Source: Lama guanicoe (Eukaryota). Taken from it: a DNA stretch of 64,000 bases. Under the pieces are notes generated by a model. The model was not told the origin of the DNA. It saw only the letters and a program-made list of their open reading frames with translations, and did not search any database. Location of the stretch: the NCBI GenBank assembly GCA_013239625.1, contig MU054323.1:6871220-6935219 (forward strand). The letters run 5' to 3'. Shown one piece after another: positions 13,110-25,930 of the stretch (within the stretch, counting starts at the first letter, position 1; each line of letters starts with the position of its first letter). The translations under genes and the position numbers were made by a program.

Positions 13110-13520
13110 TTTTTAAAGATTTTTAAAATTATTTTTATTGATTTATAATTGATACGTTATATTAGTTTCAGGTGTACAACATAATTATTTGAAATTTGTA
13201 TATGTTGCAAAAGAATCACCACAATAAGTTCATTTACATGCATCACCATACACAGTTAAAATTTTTTTCTCATGATAAGAACTTTCAAGTGGATATCCAC
13301 TCTCCTAGCTACTTCCAAATACACAATACAGTATTATTAACTATAATTACTATGCTGTACAGTACATCTCCATGACTTATTCATTTTTTCTTCCTGTTTT
13401 ACTGAGATATAATTGACATACAGCACTGTGTAAGTTTAATGTATACAGCATAATGATTTGACTTAACATACATTATGAAATGATTATCCTAAGTTTAGTG
13501 AACATCTATCATCTCATATC
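13110..13520 (-). mobile_element. Two L1 3'-end fragments, antisense
   Basis: T-rich heads followed by ttagtttcaggtgtacaacataat and by gagatataattgacatacagcactgtgtaagttt. Confidence 0.75.
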
Positions 13521-13874
13521 CTTTTCAGCTTATTTTTATTATGCAAGTAATCTTTCATGTATGTTCATATCTGCTTTTTACACTTAAAAATTCATGCAAG
13601 AAAAAAAAGAATAGACTAGGAAATCATACATAATCATGGTACCCAAATCAGTATCTTAGTGACTGGAAGCATTCTTCTAAGTTTATTTCATACATTGGTT
13701 TATCTATCTGTTTTTACTGAAATTTCCTGTTTTATTTTTAAGAGATTGAAATTTTTTCCCTATTCTATTGAATAAACTATTTCTAACTATGTTATGGTGG
13801 ATCCTTCTGGGTTTTTTTTATGGGTTAATAAATGTATAGTGTATTCACATAAATTAATTTGTGTCAATTTGTAG

Positions 13875-14046
13875 GAATGGTTCCCCAAGGTGAGGCCAGC
13901 TTTGCTCCATCTCTAAGCCCGGGGAGCTCCATGGTGCCGATGCCAATCCCTCCTCCTCAGAGCTCTCTGCTCCAGCAGAATCCACCCACTTCTGGCTACC
14001 AGTCACCAGACATGAAGGCCTGGCAGCAAGGAGCAATGGGAAACAA
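13875..14046 (+). CDS. NCOA1: NCOA1 coding exon (G)MVPQGEASFAPSLSPG...DMKAWQQGAMGN
   Basis: Acceptor tttgtag|GA; donor AA|gtaaga; 172 nt, phase 1/2, compatible with both neighbours. Confidence 0.96.
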
Positions 14047-14979
14047 GTAAGAGGGCAGTTTTTACAGATAAGCATCCCTGATACTCTGCAGCACATAAGA
14101 AAAACCGTGCTTTCACAAGCCAAATAAAAGATTGTTGGCTACTGCCCACTTGCAAATTCAGGGAGCTGAATTTTATGGTATCAGCAAATAGTGATTTTTA
14201 AATTCTTTAAGTTTCAAGTCCTTTTTAAGACAAGCTTTGTGTTTATAGAACAGAAAAGTGACGTAGTGGCCCCCAACCTTTCATCCTATCCCAGCACACC
14301 TGAAGAGTATGATTGAGTCCAGCGAGTAACAGAGCTTCCCTTGGACAGATGTAGGAATAAGTATTTTTTAAAAAGTCATTCTTTATAAAAATAATTAAAA
14401 ATCTTAAAAATCTAAAGCAAGAATGGTAAAATGTTAGAATTCAGTAGGTACATGAATTTCACTCTTCTCTGTTTGAAGGATTTCACAGCAACAATAGAGG
14501 TTTTAAGTCTTCTCAGGGTATCCTGCCTTATGCAGCTTTTTGAATCTTTAGATTTTCAGTGGCCTCATCTTGCCTATTTTGCTTAGAATTATTTTACTAA
14601 AGTCATTTTCTCCCAGATCCTGGCTGCTGAACTTTTCACACATCACTTGAATTTTATAAGGGTTTTAATTTGGTTGTGTCTTGGCTCTAATGACAGGGAA
14701 ACTGTTTGATCTGACAACATAATAAGTAAGGTAGTTAAAGTTGAAAACTTAAGACGGTATTCTCTTAAAGTTCATTGAAAGGTGAGGGAGGAAATCTTAC
14801 TTTAGAGAACTGTGTAGCTCTCAGTGAGGACTGGTGTAAACTAGGTAGAAATAGAAGAGTCTCTGTGATGTGCAAGAATTTAGTCTTGTACTGTGTTCTG
14901 ATCCCAGCTTCCTAAAGTTACTTTAGATTCCATGGTCCATCGTTACAGTTACTCCCTCACAGGCACTCTCAGCTTGCCA

Positions 14980-16478
14980 GCTCTCCTTCTGTTGCACTTG
15001 TTCCTAGCAAAATGCTTCCTAATGAAATCCAACTCAGCTCTTGCTTCATACCTACACCTAAGCATTTAAATGTGCCTTGAGAAAAAATACAGTCATACTG
15101 ACAGATCTGCTCCCCTTCACAGTTAAATTCCCTAGAAGATGATACTCCATCACTTCCTCTCCTTCCGTTCCTTATTGAACTGATCAGGCTTTCATTCCAC
15201 CAAAAGTATTGCCAAGGTTGTTAATGTCCTCTACAATGTCAAATGCAATCATTGGTAGCACTTGACATATTTGAGCATTTACTCTTTCTTGAAGCTCTTT
15301 TTTTCATTTGATTTCTGGAATGACTTTCTTGAAAAAGGTGATTCTCCTCCTATTTCTCAGTCTCTGCTGGATCTTCCTCACCTCCCTGATCTCCATTTGA
15401 GGGCCTCAGAGCTCATTCTAGGACCTCTTCCCCTTATCTACTTGCTCTTGTGGTTATATCATTCAGTCTTACTGATATAATGCCTGTCTCTATGCTCATG
15501 ACTCCCAAATTTAAGTGCCTAGCACAGACTTCTCCCTGAACACATACTGTATATACAACTGCATAATCAGCATCTCCACTTAGAAGTCTAATAGGCATCT
15601 CAAACTTGACGTGGCAAAGACTAAAGTGATTTACTCCCCCAGACCTGCTCCTCTCCTACTTTTCCCCATCTCAGTAAACAACTCCATTCCAGTTATTCAA
15701 AAGAATACCTTTTCTCTTCGTCTCACATCCCACATCAAACATCCATCAGCAAATCACATCAGCTTCTTAGCAGCTCTCACTCCTTACCTGTCCTATTTAT
15801 ACACTTTAGTGTAAGCCAGCATTATCCTTTCCCTGGACCATTGCAGTGGCCTCCTTTCTCCCTGCTTCCACCCTTGCTACACTACAGTGTAGTCTCCACG
15901 TGGTAGCCAGAGTGATGCTTTTAAAACCTGAGGAGCGTGTCAGTCCTTTACTCAAAACTCTCCAACTTATTCAAAATACCGTATAGGGCCTATGACGCCC
16001 TACCTAATCCTGCTCCTGGATATCTCTCTGACTTCATCTGCTATTCTCATCACTCACTCTGCCACACTGGCTTCTGTTTATTCTTCTGTTCCTCAGATGT
16101 GCCAAGTACATTGCAAACTCAGGGCCTTTGCATTTTTAAATCCCTCTGCTGGAATGTTCTTCTCTCAGTAGCCACTCGGTTTGCTCTCTCACACTTCAAG
16201 TCTCTCCTAAATGTCACCTTATTAGACACAGATATCGAATGTCACCATATTAAACTTCCCTGACCATCATTTCTAAACACCATTTCCCACTTCTTGGTCC
16301 ATCCTTTCCCTGTATTGCTTTTTATCATGCTTATCACCTGATACATTGTCTGTTTATGGCCTGTCTCCTCCAACTAGAATATAAGCATCAGAAGAGCAAG
16401 GGCATTGTTTTTGTTTACTTCTGTATGTCCATCCTTTAGAACAGGTAAGCACTTAATATACATCTGTTGAACAGATAA
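14980..16478 (+). mobile_element. L2 (LINE-2) 3' portion
   Basis: Pyrimidine-rich L2 hallmarks gcatctccacttagaagtctaataggcatctcaaactt, cagggcctttgca, ctagaatataagc and tgttgaa tail. Confidence 0.85.
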
Positions 16479-18424
16479 GTACAGAGATTCCCTATTGCTT
16501 CCTGAATCATTTCTTGGATTCTGATTCAATATGGACTTGAGTTTCTGTTGTACTTCAGCAGTTTCTGTGAACTTTGACTTTCCCACATCATTTGAAAAAG
16601 AAAATAGTTATCACCAGCTTTTCAAACGTTCACACTTGCTTCTTTGGTTCATGTATAAAAGCTTATTAGGCAACACAGACAGTGTATAGTTTATGACCAC
16701 TCACTGTCTCTTTCACACAGTGCAGGATACTATAAGGAACAGGGGAAAACGGCCAAGAGTGTCGTTGGTGACAGGAGTAAGTTGGAGAGAAGTAAAACAT
16801 TAAATAAAGAATCATTAAGCAGATTGATGTAACAGATGTAATAGAGTTCAGAGAGGGTGTAATGTGATTCTTTTTCATTATCTCTCCGGTGGCAAGAGAA
16901 ATAAAGGGTCAACCAAACCTATTTGTCCTGGAACCAGGCAGTATTTTGGTGTAATTCTAGTCACAGAGGGGAATCCCAGGGCTTACTAGCATTTTAAAGG
17001 TGAAGGACTGTTCTTTAACCCTTTTTTTCTCAGAGTTACTTGACCAGGAACTCCTCCCTGCTTGTTAATTCCTACAATATCTGTGGAACCCACTTTGTCT
17101 TCATCTTTCTCTTTCCCCCCCACAATTCAGGGGCTACCAAATACCTGGTGCTAGCTTAAGGAAACTATGATGACTGCCACGAGGCCAATCAGGAAAGCAG
17201 GTTAAGGGAAGGATCCTTCGCACATTGGGCCTAAGGTGCCCTTAAACCTCACAGTTCATTCCAGAACCTGGAACAGTGATTGATGCCGTGGAAGGGCTTG
17301 GTCTTCTTCCCATGATGGAAGAAACTAAAATGGAACTATTGGCAGGAGCAGTTTGAAAGAACTTAAGCTAATATACAGTCCCACATATAAATTTGAAAAG
17401 AAATTAAATCCTAAATTTTTTCACTAAGTGTGACATCATTGCAGTCCTTGAAGCTTCTGTATGCATTAGCTTACATAGCCCTCTGTCTCCACAGTGGTGA
17501 TCTATGTATCAGTTGACAAATGAGCACTGTCTAAGGCAGAAATGTTCTCATTAGAAAATGGGCAGTAGACTAATAGGTTTTTTTCTCACCTTCAGTTGTG
17601 GGGACACTGTCTGACAAGCATACACACTGTGCAGACATTAATGGTCCACAGATGCATTATTGACCATTTCCTAGGCATATAATTTTCTTTGAGCATTTGT
17701 ATTTTATAATTACTTGGGGGAAATTCACTACTTTTCTTCAGACATGATGAATAGGCTGTTTCTCAGCTTGTTAATTTCAGTATGATTACTTTAATCTACC
17801 GGAAACCATAAATGTCAGTACATCCTGCTTACCTCTCAAGAGCTAGCAAGAAATAGATAAACTATTGGTGGGATAAATAATTTTTGAAATCAAATTCTTC
17901 AGAATTAACATTAAATAGGTGGAATTTTACCAGTAGCTTATTGTTTAAAAATTGATAATCATAAAGCATTTGGTGTTTTGTAGAACTTACAAAAGACACA
18001 ATTCATATTATTTTCCTTTAGTTGTATCTGTTATCACTTAGAATTTGGAAGGTTCAGATATAAAGTTTCAAAATGTATTTATTTGGAGTTTATTCCATAC
18101 TGTTCTACCTACTAATAGAAATTGGCTTAACATCTGAAATCTTTGGCATAATGACAGTCCAGAATTTGGCGATGAGGAAGAGAGTCTGTCAAACAAGCCT
18201 TCTGATAACCATAACTGCCCTTGCATTTTGCTTCCTAGAAAAGACATGAAGCTATTTTTAGGCTTGAGAAGACCTTTGAAACCTTCAAAAACATTAAATT
18301 TTGCAAATAAAAATATCTGGTTATGTATTTCTGGTTTCTGCTTAGTTTATAGCATATTGAAAGTAGCCAGAAGCTAAAACCTTGAGAAGTGACAGCAAGC
18401 AATAGGACACAGAATAAAGGCTTT

Positions 18425-18588
18425 TGAATTTTAATGTGCATAAATAGTTAGAAATGCAGCTTTCCATGCCCACCCCTAGAAAATATGGTTCATTAGGGCT
18501 GGGGTAAGGCCTGAGAGTCTCAATTTTCAATGAATCCCAGGAAATTCTCTTGCAGATGGTCTCTGAATTACACTTCTAAAAACACTGG
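18425..18588. mobile_element. MER5-like hAT-Charlie remnant
   Basis: gctggggtaaggcctgagagtc...cacttctaaaaacactgg; a related copy lies at ~38780-38885. Confidence 0.65.
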
Positions 18589-19292
18589 TATAGACACAGT
18601 AAAAATCTATTAATAAAAAGTAGTCTGAACCTCATCAGTTGGCAGCACTGAGTAATAACCCATGTCCACAATTCATTCATTCATGAAATATTTACTGAGT
18701 GCCTGCTATGTGTCACTTATTACTAGAGACAAGGAATAAATGGAACATGACACCATCTTCCCCTTACTAAGAGGATACACAAGCAATCACAATATAAGAA
18801 GAATGCTACCTTTGAATCATTCACTTCTTTGTTAATTTATTCAGAGAACATTTATTGAAGATTGGTATATATGCTAGGCACTTTGCTTAAATAGATATTC
18901 CTTGTTTAAGAGGATAAAATAGTGTAATACATTTTAGAATGATTTTGATTATTAAGTGGGTAAACTTCAGTTATCTGAAAGATGTACTTATGTGGAAAAT
19001 TTCCCTTCTTATTCAGATAATTGAAGCTTAACAACTCTGATACTAGACCACATAACTGTAACTTAAAATGAGCTCTTTTAAGTTATTAAACCCCTTGGGC
19101 AGAGTTTAGAATGCATCTGAATGATACTTAGTTCTTATATATTGTAATAAGATAAAAAGTCTTACATGTAACCTAAGAATGTAAAATATTTTCTTTGGAA
19201 TTCAGTCTAATAAGTAAGAAAAAGAGTCCAAGTCACATTCTTCCCATGTTCATGATCAGTGGATGTAATTGGCATTGTTTTTGAGTTAACAG

Positions 19293-19476
19293 TGTGTTCA
19301 GTCAAGCTGTCCAGAACCAGCCCACGCCTGCACAGCCAGGAGTGTACAACAATATGAGCATCACCGTGTCCATGGCTGGTGGAAACACAAATGTTCAGAA
19401 CATGAACCCAATGATGGGCCAGATGCAAATGAGCTCTTTGCAGATGCCAGGAATGAACACTGTTTGCCCTGAGCAG
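19293..19476 (+). CDS. NCOA1: NCOA1 coding exon (N)VFSQAVQNQPTPAQPGVYNNMSITVSMAGG...NTVCPEQ
   Basis: Acceptor ttaacag|T; donor CAG|gtaagt; 184 nt, phase 2/0; p160 C-terminal YNNMSITVSM motif. Confidence 0.96.
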
Positions 19477-20619
19477 GTAAGTGGCACAACTGGCACACTT
19501 GCTACACATGCACACACACCACACTACAATTCACTTTTCCAAGGAAAATCAAGTATGTTCACAATTACTCATCAGAAATAATCACTTCTTTATTCTTTCC
19601 CACTATCTTTTGATTATTACTATTTATAAAGATATACAATGGAAATTTTGACAGACCTTATAAGGTTTTAGTCTCACGAGATTTTAGTATTTTATATTTA
19701 TTGTAAAATGATATGTATAGTACATTGATTTGAAACTTACCCCTTTATATTCAAAACACATTTTCTCCATTTCTCCCTTTCAGTTCAACAAACTGAGTAC
19801 TTACTACGTACAAAGATAGCTCTGTGGGAGATATTAACAAGCTGGGGAGACACAACATGAACAAAGGATTAGTTGCATAATAAGAGGAAATAGCTATGTA
19901 AGAGATGGACACCCATAGGACCATACATATACTTCTGTCAGATTAGGGGTATATGCAATTAACCACTGAAAAATGGTCTGTTTAGGAAAGGCTTTGTGGA
20001 AAATTTGCCTAAAGGAAGAAGTAGAAAAGAACCCTAAGACTGGTTATCACAGCATGACCTAGGCGGGAATAGATATTGAAAAGCCTAATGAGTGTTAAGG
20101 GGATATTTGTATTATATTTAGATCAGATTTACATGGTAACATTTTTAGGGATGTGGCAGGCCATCTAAATGTTTAGTTTATCTTAGAATCATCTAAAAAT
20201 TTTTAAGGAGAGAATGATTAAATTCAAAGTGATATTTAAGAGAATCATTGGGGTAACTCCTTGTCACTATTCTGTCAGCAACTGCAAAGTAGACTATTGT
20301 GTCTGGGCTAGGACAACATAGCCATAATTTATAGCACGTCTTAAAAACATGTAAACACTGATTACCTTTTCTATAGAATTCCTTTTTGATATGAATTTTT
20401 TAAAAAATCTATTCCCCATCTATTTTATAGTAAGCCTAAGAAAGTCAGCAAGGAAAAAACCAACAACTTAGTGATCCATATATTATAGCACAATAAAAGA
20501 ACTAAATAGGATTATTTCTTGTCCTTGTTGTTATTCAGTTATTAGAATTATTCACTGTCCTCTGGTATATTAATAGAAAATAATAAAAAATATAATGAAT
20601 TAGGTAAAAGAATATTACA

Positions 20620-22846
20620 TTTAAAGTGTATTTCTTATATAGTTGAGTCTTGCTTTTTTATTCAATTTGACAGTCTCTGCCATTTAATTGGAGTGGTTAG
20701 CCCATTTACATTTAATGTGATTATTGATATCGATATTAAAGGTTTCTATCGCTCATCTTATTGTCTCCTCTTTGTCCCGTCTCTTGCCTTTTTTGGTTTA
20801 ATTGAATATTTTAATTCATTTTATCTCTTTTGTTGGCTTATTAACTATATATAACTTTTGTTTGTTGTTTTAGTGGTTGCTTCAGAGTTTATAGTATACA
20901 TCTTTAACTTGTCACTATCTACCTTCAAGTGCTATTATATCACCTCTTATAAATATAAGAATCTCACAACAGTTTATTTCCATTTCTCCCCTTACGTGCT
21001 ATTGTGGTCATACATATCATGTCTATATATGTTTGTTTGTTTGTTTTAGTTTGCTCAACTTTTATTTTATTTTATTTAACATTTTTTATTGATTTATAAT
21101 CATTTTACAATGTTACCCCACAATATTCTGTCAGTAGTATTTTTACTTTAAATAGTCAGTTATATTTTTAAAAATTTGAATAAGTAGCTTTTTATATTTC
21201 CCCACATAGTTATCTCCAGTGTTCTTCATTCCTTGGTGTAGATCCAGAATTCCATCTGGTATCATTTGCCTTCTGCCCAAAGGTCTTCATTTAACATTTT
21301 TTATAGTGCAGGTCTGCTGGTGATGAATTCTTTCAGGTTTCACATATCTGAAAAAGTTTTTGTTTCACCTTCATCTTTGAAAGTTCTTTTCCTTGAATTC
21401 TAGATTGGTAGTTTTAGCTTTCAGTACTTTAAAGATGTTGCTCCAATGCAGTATTTCTGGTAAGATATCAGCTATCATTTTATCTTTGTTCCTTTGTACA
21501 TGATTGATTTTTTTCTGTCTCTAAGCTTTTAAGATTATTCTCTTTATCGCTGGTTTTAAGCAGTTTGATTACGATATGCCTTAGTGTGATTTTCTTCATG
21601 GTTCTTGTGCTTGGTGTTCAGTGAGCTTCTTGATTCATGAGTGTATAATTTTTTATCAAGTCTGGAAAAATATTGCCATTATTTCTTCAGATATTTTTTT
21701 CTGTCACCAACCGCCTCATCTCCTTCAGAGACTTTAATTACACATATTCTAGACCACTGGAAATCATCCCACAGCTCACTGATTTTCAGCTTGGAGGTTT
21801 TTTAGGGGGTTTGAGATCAGTCATTTTTTCCTCTGTGTTTCATTTTGGATAGTTTCTACTGTGATAACTTCAGACTCACTGATCTTTTTCTTTTTCAATG
21901 TCTGATCTGTTAATTTTATCTAGTATATTCTTCACCTCAGACATTTTTATCTTTAGAAGTTCACTTTGAATCCTTTATATATCTTCCATATCTCTAACAT
22001 GATCACTTTCCTCTATCTTCTTGAACATAGGGAATACAATTATAATAACTGTCTTAGTATTCTTGCTTGTCACTTCAATCATCTGTGTCATTTGGGGGTT
22101 GATTTCAATTGACTGATTTTTCCTTTCATTATGGGTCATATTTTTCTGCTACTTTGCATACCTGGTATTTTTTACTGGATGCCAGATATATGAATTTTAC
22201 CTTGTTTTTGTTCCTATAAATATTATTGAGGTTTGTTTTGGGAAATGGTTAAATTACTTGGAAATAAACAGTTTGATCCTTTCAGGTCTTGCTTTTTTGC
22301 TTAGTAGGACCAGAACAGTATTTAGTATAAGCTAATTTTACCCTGCTAGTAAAGCAAAATCGTACTAGTACGTTTCCTGATACTACATGAGTTATGATGT
22401 TTTCCACCCTGGCTGGTGGGATCAGGACCTATTCCCCGCTCTGAGTGATCTTTGGGAATTATTCCACGTAAATCTTTCTTGGTGCTTCTTTCCTCTGCTT
22501 TGGGTAGTTCCCTAACATCCATTAGCTAGCTGAGGAGTACTAAGCTGCAGACTTGAGGGGACCCTCTGCAGATCTTCAGAGCTTTCTCTCTCTACAGTTC
22601 TCTCTCTTCTGCCCTTGAATTCTAGCTCTATCTTCTCAACTCAGGGAGCCAGCCAGGCTCTTTCTGGGTTCCCTTTTCTCATGCTGCAGCCTGAAAATTC
22701 TGTCTAGGCAGTAGGCTGGTGCAGTGGTAGAACTTATCTCAATTGTTCCCCAACCCTTAGGAACAGCTTTCCTTCATTGCCTTTGTCCAGTGTCTTTACT
22801 GCTTTCATTTCATATACTTTGGATCTTGACTGGAAGTGGAAGTCTT
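20620..22846 (-). mobile_element. Old L1, antisense, containing its 5' region; short younger L1 tail inserted at ~21050-21115
   Basis: T-rich L1 antisense sequence; ends ...cttgactggaagtggaagtct, the reverse complement of the start of the 11345 element. Confidence 0.8.
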
Positions 22847-23206
22847 GCTAATTAACTTTTGTGTGTGTGAATTAACTTTTTATTGAAGTATCATATATAA
22901 GAATATATAGAAAAGTATACAACAAGATGAATTTTTACAAACAGAACACACCTTTGTAACTATCACCTAGATCAAGAAACAGAACATTACCAGCAGCACC
23001 TGAGGTTCTCCCCACACTCCCTTACATCTCTCTCTCTCCACTCCAACCAAGGGAACCACTGTCCTGACTTCTGACAGCACAGTAAATTGCTAAGCTTTTT
23101 ATTTCTGCTCTCCTCCTATTACTTTTCTGTCAGTGAGATTGTTTTACATTTGGTCTTCAACTTAAACAACTAGCTTGTAATTTGGTCTTGTACTTACCTT
23201 TAATAG

Positions 23207-23296
23207 ATAAATGATCCAGCACTGAGACACACAGGCCTCTACTGCAACCAGCTCTCATCCAGTGACCTTCTCAAAACAGAAGCAGATGGAACCCAG
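23207..23296 (+). CDS. NCOA1: NCOA1 coding exon INDPALRHTGLYCNQLSSSDLLKTEADGTQ
   Basis: Acceptor ctttaatag|ATA; donor CAG|gtcagt; 90 nt, phase 0/0; p160 NDPALR motif. Too short for the ORF track, translated by hand. Confidence 0.96.
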
Positions 23297-23929
23297 GTCA
23301 GTAAGAAAATTCTAAGCCCAGAACTGTCCAGTTTATTGTAGACACACAGGAAACTTTGTGTAGCATCATGACCTTGGGAGTCAAACCTGAGTCTGAGTCC
23401 TGGCTACACTGTCCTTAGCTGTCATCCTGGGCATGTTAGGGGACTTTGTTGAGCTGCCATATAACCAACAGAACTAACAAACAGGATACCTGCTAACAGG
23501 ATTATTGAGAAAGTTAAGTGAGATAAGCTTTGAGAAGGTGTAATCCAATGTTTAGACAGGATAAGGAATCACAAATGGAGACCACTGATTGCTGTTTGTA
23601 AATAAACACAGTGCTAAAACTCATATGTAATTAGAATACCTCAAAAGATCTCAATAAATTCAGACAAAACAGAATGCCTGCTGTGTATTCTGTCTCCTTT
23701 AAGAAGTTTGTTTCAAAACAATACAAACAGCCAGGGTGGCCACTTTCCTATATTAACCTAAACTAAGAAATTTTGGAAGTTTCAATTCACTTAAGTAACT
23801 TTGATTTAGTCTTTAGTCTATTAATAGATTTTTTTTTTTTAATACGGGCCTTATGTTAAGGCAGAGATAGAAGGAAACATGACACATGTTTGCTCTTTAG
23901 CTGAACCATGGAGACAAGTGAGGAAAGGA

Positions 23930-24180
23930 AGTTTCATTTGTGGAACGCTAATGATTTGCCAGGCACTGTGCTAGGCACTATCTGCTTTATCTCGTGTAAG
24001 CCTCACTATAACCCTAGGAAGGAGTTAGTTAGTTTTCCTTTTTTTTTCACAGATGAAGAAATAGAGCCTGAGGAGATTTAACTCCATGCACAAATCACAG
24101 AGCTAGAAAGTGGCAGAGCTGAGGTTCAAACCCAGGTCTTTCCAACACCAAGCTCATGCTCTTACTACCATACCAGCTAG
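23930..24180 (-). mobile_element. MIR SINE
   Basis: gccaggcactgtgctaggcac...acagatgaagaaatagagcctgag...tcacagagctagaaagtggcagagctgaggttcaaacccagg core. Other MIRs lie near 23360-23560, 32480-32670, 39340-39505 and 44500-44740. Confidence 0.8.
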
Positions 24181-25499
24181 AGCCTGTTGAAAGATAAAAC
24201 ATAAATTATCACATAACTAAAGAAGGCAAACTCCAATTTATGTTACAAGTAACATGAACTGTAAGCATTAAAAGGAAAGCTTACTGAGATGGTCAGAAGA
24301 GCATTTATATTAAAGGAGATGAGACTGAACTTGGTCTTGAAGGACAGTTAGCCAGGCAAGCAAAGGAGAGAGGTATTGTGCTTTTTGGAGGCTGGGGAAG
24401 GGGGTGAGCTTGGAAGTCTAGGGGATTGGAAGTTAGAGGGCACAGAGATAAGGGAACAGTAATATCAGCATAGTCCTGGGAAACCAAATCCACTGAAGGT
24501 GAAGGTTTGTAATAAGAATTCATAAGAATAAAATTGGTAGTTTGGGGCAAAGTTCCAGGGGCCTTGAATGCTGAACTCTAAGGGATTTGGATTCAGTTCT
24601 GCAGATGAAGCATCATCCCTGAAGGGGAACAGTGATAAAAGCTAGTTTCGGCTTCATCTTGAGGGAGAACAAGGGGAAGGCAGGAGCACTGGGCGGCCAG
24701 TTCAGGAGAAGGAAAACCAGTTAGGAGACCATGTTCATAGCTGGAGCATCAGGAAATAGGATCTGAGTCCTGTGAGGGTGAAGAGAGAGTATTCTGTGAT
24801 GGGGAAAATGATTACATGTCTCACACCTACAGAGACAAATGCTGGGCAGCTCAACAGATTAGTTAAGACAAAACAGCATAGTGTTGAAGTTTCTGAGTCC
24901 TGGGACAGTATTTAAATTGAAGTAAAAACTATGCTGGAAAATCTTCAGAGGTTGGGACTCAGTTCTCACACCACTCTTCTCACCTGAAAAATTGTAAACT
25001 CTGTTTTGTCTTGTTTTGCCTGCCTGTGAAGGTATAGCAATGTCAGAAATCCTTTGAGGTCTGGTCTAAAGCACCTTGTTTTTAAGTAATTGTTCAAAAT
25101 GGCTGAAATGTCTACATTTTGGAATTTGGTTTTGTCTTCTCGGTTTTTTAAAGTTCAGAATAGACTATCATTTTTAGAAAAGCATTCTTTTTAAAGGAGC
25201 AGAATTTTCTCCCTAATTTGTTTTATCATGCCTTTATCAAGAATTTTTTTAAGTGTTTGGGGACTGAAACACCTTACACTCTGTCCCAGTATTTCACATG
25301 TTGAAACATACAAACATGAAGTTTTATGTTTAAAAAAAGTTAGTCAGGGCCTAAATGCACTATAGTTTGTGCTCATGTTAAGTTTCAGTGGCAGGATCTT
25401 CTTTCTGTGGTAGCGCATCATGAAATCTCTGTTTGCTCTAATGTTTCTGTATTTGCCAGACAGAAGCTGGGTAGTAAGTTAGACAGAAATATGGAGACA

Positions 25500-25930
25500 G
25501 ATGTACAGAAAAGGAGAAGGGAAAGAACAAGGAAAGGAGGACTGGGAGAGGATGGGGGGCAGCATGCATTTGGAGGGCTGGAATGGGGAAGAGGCAAGTC
25601 AGGGGAGAGAACAGGAAAGAACACAGAGAATAGAGAAGGAGGAAGAGGGCTGGTAGAGGGTTGTTGACAGAGAGAGAGAGAGAGAGAGGAAGGCCAAGGT
25701 TGGAGCTCTAGAAGGAAAAGAGGAGGAATGAGGAGCTACACAGAACAAAGGTGAGTGCAGGGCGCAGAGGCAGCTAGAGAATAAACTCAGACAGAGAGCT
25801 GGTGGATGTTAGATACATGAGGAAGAACTCGAAAGAAGAAGAAAACAAATGGGAGCTTATGGGGGCAAGAAGCAGTATTTGGGAAACTGGGGGAAAGTGG
25901 AGGATGAGAGGAAGGGTGAGTAGAGAAATG
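25500..25930 (+). repeat. Purine-rich low-complexity tract with a (GA)n microsatellite at ~25669-25689
   Basis: Read directly from the sequence. Confidence 0.7.
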
